Below are positions 57,266 to 64,000 of a stretch of DNA of 64,000 nt, one piece after another; position 1 is the first letter of the stretch, and each line of letters starts with the position of its first letter. Origin of the DNA: Nautiliaceae bacterium (GTDB lineage Bacteria > Campylobacterota > Campylobacteria > Campylobacterales > Nautiliaceae). Position numbers and translations under genes: made by a program. Location: contig JBDONT010000041.1 in NCBI GenBank assembly GCA_039831155.1, positions 27,974 through 91,973 on the forward strand. The letters run 5' to 3'. The notes beneath the pieces were generated by a model, which saw only the letters and a list, made by a program, of their open reading frames with translations, made no database searches and was not told the origin of the DNA.

Positions 57266-57779
57266 AATACCAATCGCAAAACTTGGTAAAAGTCACGGAA
57301 TTAAAGGGTGGCAAAAAATCCACCTTTTAACTGATTTTCCTGAACAGTTTAAACCGAATACTACTTTCTCTTCGGATAAAATAGACCTTACTATCGAGAA
57401 AATAGACCTAAAAAGAGGACTTGTTAAATTCAAAGGAGTCGATACTCCAGAAGATGCTAAAAAACTTACAAACAGAATGCTTTATACTACCGAAGAAGAG
57501 ACAAAAGAGAATATTAAGCTTAAAAAAGACGAATATTTTTGGTTTGATATTATCGGATGTGACGTATATGAAAATGAAAAGCTTTTAGGAAAAGTAAAAG
57601 AGATAGAAAGAGCAAATGAGACGGATTATTTAATTATCAATACCGACGAAAAATTAATAAAAGAGGGCTATCCTAAAAGATTTTTAATTGATTTTAAAAG
57701 AAACGTTGATAAAGTAGATGTTGAAAATAAAAAAATAACGGCAATAGGTGCTAAAGAACTTTTAGATTCTTTAAAATGA
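57258..57779 (+). CDS. rimM: 16S rRNA processing protein RimM
   Basis: LGKSHGIKG, EYFWFDIIG; operon context. Confidence 0.95.
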   Translation: MNKIPIAKLGKSHGIKGWQKIHLLTDFPEQFKPNTTFSSDKIDLTIEKIDLKRGLVKFKGVDTPEDAKKLTNRMLYTTEEETKENIKLKKDEYFWFDIIGCDVYENEKLLGKVKEIERANETDYLIINTDEKLIKEGYPKRFLIDFKRNVDKVDVENKKITAIGAKELLDSLK

Positions 57780-58435
57780 AAATCTTCTTCATTACTCTTT
57801 TCCCCGATTTAATTCGTTGTTATTTTGAAGATTCTATTTTAAAAAAAGCTAAAGATAAAGGTTTGTTTGAAATAGAATTTATTAATTTTAGGGATTTTGC
57901 CAAAAATAAACAAAAAAGAGTGGATTTACCATTAGCCGGTGGTGGTGCCGGAATGATTATAGATAATAAAGCGTTAAGAGATTGTTTGGAGAGTTTGAAA
58001 AAAGAGTATCCAAATGCCAGGACTATTTTTTTAACTCCTGTCGGAAAAAGGTTTAATCAAAAAGATGCTATTCGTTTGGCAAAAGAGGAAGCTTTAATTT
58101 TGGTTTGTGGAAGGTATGAGGGGTTTGATGAGAAGCTTATAGAGGATTTTGCTTGTGAGGTGTTGAGTATAGGGGATTTTGTGTTAACAGGAGGAGAGCT
58201 CGGAGCTTTAGTTATTGCAGATGCAGTTTTAAGAAATATAAAAGGGGTTTTGGGGAATAGTGAGTCTTTAAAGGGAGAAAGTTTTGAGAATAATTTACTA
58301 GAAGCTCCGAATTTTTCAAAAGAAACCGCTCCCGGAATTTTAAAAAGCGGTAATCATAAAAAAATAGATGAATGGAAAAAAGAGACTTCTTATTTAAAGA
58401 CTAAATTTCATAGAACGGATTTAATTTTGTTATAA
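57776..58435 (+). CDS. trmD: tRNA (guanine37-N1)-methyltransferase
   Basis: GGGAGM, CGRYEGFDE, SIGDFVLTGGE, ESF. Confidence 0.97.
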   Translation: MKIFFITLFPDLIRCYFEDSILKKAKDKGLFEIEFINFRDFAKNKQKRVDLPLAGGGAGMIIDNKALRDCLESLKKEYPNARTIFLTPVGKRFNQKDAIRLAKEEALILVCGRYEGFDEKLIEDFACEVLSIGDFVLTGGELGALVIADAVLRNIKGVLGNSESLKGESFENNLLEAPNFSKETAPGILKSGNHKKIDEWKKETSYLKTKFHRTDLILL

Positions 58436-58461
58436 TATTCTCCATCAATTAAAGGGGATAT

Positions 58462-60435
58462 ATGGAACCTGATAAATTTTTTTTGGAATTGAATAATCTT
58501 AATTTATTATTTGTTGTTGATGATAAAGAAAAAGTTAAATATGATATTGAAATTTTCAAATCTTTTTTTAAGAGTGTAGATGTTACGGAAAGTGCTAAAG
58601 AAGCTATAAGTTTTTTAAAAGAGAAAAATTATGATATAGTTCTTGTTAAAGCTTCTATTAAAGATATGTCTTATTTGGAATTCGTAAGATATGTAAAATC
58701 TCACTATCCTTACCTTTATACCGCCGTTATCGCCGATGATTTGGATAAAGATGAACTTTTAGATGCTATAAATGCCGGAATAGACGGATTTTTAAAAGAA
58801 TCTTTTGATATAGAAGTGTTTTTAGGGGAAGTTTATAAACTTTTATATCAAAAGCTTAAAATTGCCGATGAATTAAATGTGTTAAGACAATATAAAGATA
58901 TTGTAGATGAAAGTATGATAGTTTCCAAAACTGATGTAAATGGAAATATAACTTATGTGAATAAAGCTTTTGAAAAAGTATCCGGTTTTGAAGAGAACGA
59001 ACTTTTAGGTAAGCCTCATTCGATAGTTAAACATCCGGATATGAAACCGGAAGTTTTTAAAAATTTGTGGAAAACTATTTTAAATAAGAAAACGTGGAGA
59101 GGATTGGTTAAAAATAGGAAAAAAAACGGAGAATCTTATTATGTGGATACCGTTATAAAACCTATTTTAGACAGAAACGGAGATATAAGTGAATTTATAG
59201 CTCTTAGAAAAGACGTAACGCGTTTTATTAGTGCGGAAGAACTTATAAATGATAAATTGAAATTGATAAAAGATGCACTTTTAATTTTAGTTTATATAGA
59301 TAATTATGAGGATTTAAGGCTTCTTTATTTAAAAGACGTATTGGATAAATTTAAAAGAAAACTTTTAAAAAGAGTTAAAATTTTGCTGAAAGAAAAATTA
59401 AAATTGAAGTCGAATTTAATAGAAGATTATATGGTAAAAGATAATACGGTAGGATTTTTGATAGAAAAATATGAAGTGACGAAATTAAATGAAATTTTGA
59501 AAGAAATTATAAGTGAAGTTATGAACAAATCTATTGTTGTGGAATCTTTAGAATTTTTGCCTTTTATTAGAATAAGTTATTCTTACGGAAGTTTGCATAT
59601 TTATGAAAATGCTATTGTGGGAATAGAAAAAATAAAAAAAGGAGAAGAGAGGTTAATTTGTGCGAACGGGTTATGTGAAGAGAAGAAAATAGAAGTTGAA
59701 AAAAATATGAAAATGTTAAAAATTATTGAGAAAGCTTTAAAAGAAAATAGAGTGGTTTCTTTATTTCAGCCTATTGTAGATAATAAAACTAAAAAAATAA
59801 TCAAATATGAATCTTTAGTAAGAATTATAGATGAAAACGGAAATTTTTTAAGTCCTTTTTTCTTTTTGGATATTGCTAAAAAATCCGGGTTACATACTAA
59901 TATTACGTTAAAAGTAATAGAAAATAGCTTTAATATGTTAAAAAGAGGTTTTTCGGTTTCTATTAATTTATCTCCTAGTGATATTTTAAGAGATGTAATT
60001 AAAAATAAAATCTTTGATTTATTGAAAACTAATCAAATAAGTTACGGACAAGTTACTTTTGAATTATTGGAAGATGAAATTGTTAAATTTCCTAATGTTT
60101 TGAATGAATTTATTAATGAAGTTTTAAAGTTGAAAGCCAATATAGCGATAGATGATTTCGGAAGCGGATATTCTAATTTTAGTAGAGTCGTTGAATTTAA
60201 AGCCGATATTATTAAAATAGACGGTAGTTTGATTAAAGAGATAGATAAAGATAAAGTAAAACAAAATGTAGTGGAAGCTATAGTTTCTTTTGCTAAAAAA
60301 GAAAATAAAAAAACGGTTGCCGAATTTGTTGAAAATGAAGAAATTTATAATATTTTATGTGAATTGGGAGTTGATTATTCACAAGGGTATTATTTTTCAA
60401 AACCGTTAACTCTTGAGGAATTAAAAACACTTTGA
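58462..60435 (+). CDS. c-di-GMP phosphodiesterase: pseudo-receiver, PAS, degenerate GGDEF, EAL
   Basis: YESLVR, SIN, FELLE, DDFGSGYS, KIDG, AEFVE, QGYY; Aer-like PAS HSIVKHPDM...W...KNRKKNG. Confidence 0.9.
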   Translation: MEPDKFFLELNNLNLLFVVDDKEKVKYDIEIFKSFFKSVDVTESAKEAISFLKEKNYDIVLVKASIKDMSYLEFVRYVKSHYPYLYTAVIADDLDKDELLDAINAGIDGFLKESFDIEVFLGEVYKLLYQKLKIADELNVLRQYKDIVDESMIVSKTDVNGNITYVNKAFEKVSGFEENELLGKPHSIVKHPDMKPEVFKNLWKTILNKKTWRGLVKNRKKNGESYYVDTVIKPILDRNGDISEFIALRKDVTRFISAEELINDKLKLIKDALLILVYIDNYEDLRLLYLKDVLDKFKRKLLKRVKILLKEKLKLKSNLIEDYMVKDNTVGFLIEKYEVTKLNEILKEIISEVMNKSIVVESLEFLPFIRISYSYGSLHIYENAIVGIEKIKKGEERLICANGLCEEKKIEVEKNMKMLKIIEKALKENRVVSLFQPIVDNKTKKIIKYESLVRIIDENGNFLSPFFFLDIAKKSGLHTNITLKVIENSFNMLKRGFSVSINLSPSDILRDVIKNKIFDLLKTNQISYGQVTFELLEDEIVKFPNVLNEFINEVLKLKANIAIDDFGSGYSNFSRVVEFKADIIKIDGSLIKEIDKDKVKQNVVEAIVSFAKKENKKTVAEFVENEEIYNILCELGVDYSQGYYFSKPLTLEELKTL

Positions 60436-60450
60436 AAAGAAATTGATATT

Positions 60451-60459
60451 TGATATAAT
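60451..60459 (+). promoter_or_regulatory. Extended -10 promoter of rplS
   Basis: TGATATAAT. Confidence 0.6.
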
Positions 60460-60518
60460 TTCATTCCAAAAATCAAGTGTGAATGCCCATAAGTGGCCAA
60501 TGGCACAAAGGAGAGAAT

Positions 60519-60875
60519 ATGAGAAACAAATTTATTGAAGCTTTTGAAGCGAAACAAATCGAAGGTAGAGAAATTCCTGAATTCAGACCGGGTGATACTG
60601 TAAAAGTAGCAGTAGAAATTAAAGAAGGTGACAAAAAAAGAATTCAAAATTTTGAAGGTGTGGTAATTGCTATTAAAGGTACTGGTGCCGGAAAAACATT
60701 TACGGTAAGAAAAATCGGTGCAAACAACGTAGGTGTCGAGAGAATTTTCCCGGTATATAGTGAAAGTATTGCCAGAATCGAAGTAGTAAGAAAAGGTAAA
60801 GTAAGAAGAGCTAAACTATACTACTTAAGAGGAAAAACAGGTAAAAAAGCAAGAATTAAAGAAAGAAGAGATTAA
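60519..60875 (+). CDS. rplS: 50S ribosomal protein L19
   Basis: [35 protein letters not shown] 60519 after AAGGAG. Confidence 0.98.
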   Translation: MRNKFIEAFEAKQIEGREIPEFRPGDTVKVAVEIKEGDKKRIQNFEGVVIAIKGTGAGKTFTVRKIGANNVGVERIFPVYSESIARIEVVRKGKVRRAKLYYLRGKTGKKARIKERRD

Positions 60876-60953
60876 TCTTTTCTTTTTCTTTTTTTGTTTT
60901 TTAGCTAGAGTGTCTGGCACCCTTTATGTTTAAGATAAAGGGAAAGAAGGGAA

Positions 60954-62603
<1,650 letters not shown>

Positions 62604-62607
62604 TTAA

Positions 62608-62883
62608 TTATTTTTCAATTTTTCCAAGAATATCGTCAGTGTTTAGTACAAGATATTCTTTTCCGTCGATTGTAATGTCAGTTCCACTGTATTTAGCGAA
62701 TACTACTTTATCACCTTCTTTTAAAGGTAGATTGTCGTCTTCTTCAACTTCTTTAGAAATTGCTACTACAATTCCTTCAAGAGGTTTTTCTTTTGCGTTA
62801 TCCGGAATAATGATTCCGCTTGCTGTTTTTGCTTCTTCTTCAACTCTTTCCACTAATACTCTTAACCCTAGCGGTTTGAACAT
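62608..62883 (-). CDS. groS: Co-chaperonin GroES
   Basis: [21 protein letters not shown]. Confidence 0.97.
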   Translation of the reverse strand: MFKPLGLRVLVERVEEEAKTASGIIIPDNAKEKPLEGIVVAISKEVEEDDNLPLKEGDKVVFAKYSGTDITIDGKEYLVLNTDDILGKIEK

Positions 62884-62895
62884 TTCCTCCTCCTT

Positions 62896-62922
62896 TTAGC
62901 AGTTATTTAGTTTAACTGACGG
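62896..62922. promoter_or_regulatory. CIRCE-like (HrcA) operator in the groES leader
   Basis: TTAGCAGTT-N9-AACTGACGG vs consensus TTAGCACTC-N9-GAGTGCTAA. Confidence 0.55.
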
Positions 62923-62923
62923 A

Positions 62924-62952
62924 ATTATATAAAAATGATATGAAAAAGTCAA
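62924..62952 (-). promoter_or_regulatory. Sigma70 promoter of groES-groEL
   Basis: Minus strand TTGACT-N17-TATAAT. Confidence 0.8.
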
Positions 62953-62978
62953 TAAAATTTACAAAAAAATTTAAAAAA

Positions 62979-62999
62979 AATGAGCGATTTATACTAAAG
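62979..62999. promoter_or_regulatory. HAIR-like (HspR) operator upstream of groES
   Basis: AATGAGC-N7-ACTAAAG vs consensus CTTGAGT-N7-ACTCAAG. Confidence 0.4.
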
Positions 63000-63076
63000 T
63001 ATTTTTATAGTCTGGGTTAAATAATTCTGTTTGTAAGATTTTAGGTTTTGTAATTTAGAAAAAGTTTTAAATTAAC

Positions 63077-63105
63077 TTGACTTTTGTACGAAAATTTATT
63101 ATTAT
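63077..63105 (+). promoter_or_regulatory. Sigma70 promoter of tRNA-Met
   Basis: TTGACT-N17-TATTAT. Confidence 0.7.
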
Positions 63106-63120
63106 TTCAGTCCGCAAGAT

Positions 63121-63197
63121 GGTGGGGTAGCTCAGCTGGCTAGAGCGCCGGTCTCATAAGCCGGAGGTCGGGAGTTCAAGTCTCCCCCTCACTACCA
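63121..63197 (+). tRNA. tRNA-Met (anticodon CAT), elongator type
   Basis: 77-nt cloverleaf; anticodon arm CCGGT-CTCATAA-GCCGG; GTTCAAG T-loop; encoded CCA; lacks the initiator C1:A72 mismatch and GGG/CCC stem. Ile2 not fully excluded. Confidence 0.93.
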
Positions 63198-63380
63198 TTA
63201 AAACTCCAATAAAATCGATATTTTGATAGCTTAAAAACTGATGAGGTGTTCCTTAGTAAGCGATTTTCTCAAAATTTAACTTCTAAATACACTCTCTGAG
63301 AGGAATATAATTTAGTTAACAAAATACTTTTTTTCTAAAAAATCCGTTTAGTTTTGTTTAGTAGCGTTTAATTTTTTAGT

Positions 63381-63509
63381 GGAAACCTTTGGAAACTTTT
63401 AGAAACTTTCAAGGCTGAGTTTCCTTTTGTTTCCTTTTCAAAAATCCTGTTGCCTTTTGTTGCGTTTGTCTGTTGACTTTTGTTAACTTTTTCTGATAAC
63501 CCGTTCACC
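63381..63509. repeat. Array of 10-bp-phased short repeats in both orientations
   Basis: GGAAACCTTT/GGAAACTTTT/AGAAACTTTC; GTTTCCTTTT x2; TGTTGCCTTT/TGTTGCGTTT; TGTTGACTTT/TGTTAACTTT; CGTTCACC. Confidence 0.75.
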
Positions 63510-63750
63510 TTTATAGGCAAAAGCCGAGAATTTATGGTGCTTTTTTTTCACTTATAGCTGGAATTATGCCGATAAAAAAGAAGTTCATAAGCAGTTGCAG
63601 GTGTTGTATTGCTGAGCTTAGGCAGGGGCTTAGCAAGGGGTTGGTAAGCAGAATACCCCCCCCCTTAAAAGTGGTTTTTGTTTTTTCAGTGTTGGGCGTC
63701 CGATTGCTAATATACAGGGTAAATAATTTTTAACCCTCCCCCCTCTCAAA

Positions 63751-63766
63751 AGTTAACCGGTTAACT
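63751..63766. repeat. Perfect 16-bp palindrome AGTTAACCGGTTAACT
   Basis: Sequence is self-complementary. Confidence 0.95.
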
Positions 63767-64000
63767 CTCTAATAATTTCGTAATATCGGTAGTTTTAAAC
63801 TATTTTGTCAAGGATGTTAACCACTTTTTAGTTAACTTTGTGTGTGTAAAAGCTGGGGTTGGCGACCACCGCAGGCAAAAACACTTGGAAAGACCACGAT
63901 AGAGATGGACTGGGCTGTGGGAAAGCTAAAGAAAAGGACTCATTAAATAAAAAAAGCCTCATAGAGTTCAAGCTTAAAAATTTATCGATAATGAGGCAAT

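Larger units (their letters stand above)
63198..64000. mobile_element. Probable end of an integrative element or phage satellite inserted at tRNA-Met
   Basis: About 800 bp with no ORF of 60 aa or more right after a tRNA 3' end; iteron-like repeats, palindrome, GC-rich hairpins; no integrase in the window. Confidence 0.5.

Noticed and set aside
60483-60518. ORF-track N-terminal extension of L19
   Set aside because: SD and family start indicate ATG 60519; the upstream part is leader
63121-63197. Initiator tRNA-fMet assignment
   Set aside because: Has G1-U72 and lacks three consecutive G-C pairs in the anticodon stem
63238-63270. CTGATGA as a hammerhead ribozyme core
   Set aside because: No stem II followed by GAAA

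Overview
AT-rich, gene-dense bacterial chromosome segment. Gene order (M23 peptidase-minC-lpxC-tsaB-like-thrB-ylxR-infB-rbfA-rimP; radA-ftsY-lipoprotein / formyl-THF cyclo-ligase-rny; ilvE-SPFH-DUF2393) and extended -10 promoters point to Campylobacterota. A Nautiliaceae-like vent organism is my inference. Most of the window is housekeeping. Accessory content: (1) a complete but unusually arranged cellulose secretion operon, 394-10728 (bcsR/P-like, bcsA, bcsD-like, bcsB, bcsZ, SPOR-fused bcsC, bcsQ), behind a Pho-box-like promoter; (2) an Rpn/YhgA PD-(D/E)XK nuclease inserted between infB and rbfA with a strong internal start, consistent with an intragenic antitoxin; (3) an AlwI-family type IIS R-M operon with two adenine MTases and an embedded AT-rich orphan gene; (4) a Psr/Phs-type molybdoenzyme operon next to a DUF3373-like outer-membrane gene; (5) a pseudoREC-PAS-degenerate GGDEF-EAL gene splitting trmD from rplS; (6) tRNA-Met followed by about 800 bp without ORFs, carrying 10-bp-phased iteron-like repeats, probably the end of an integrated satellite or island. 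A 23-bp heptamer-repeat stem, perfect only as RNA (two G-U pairs), brackets ylxR. All calls come from reading motifs by eye; no searches were run.
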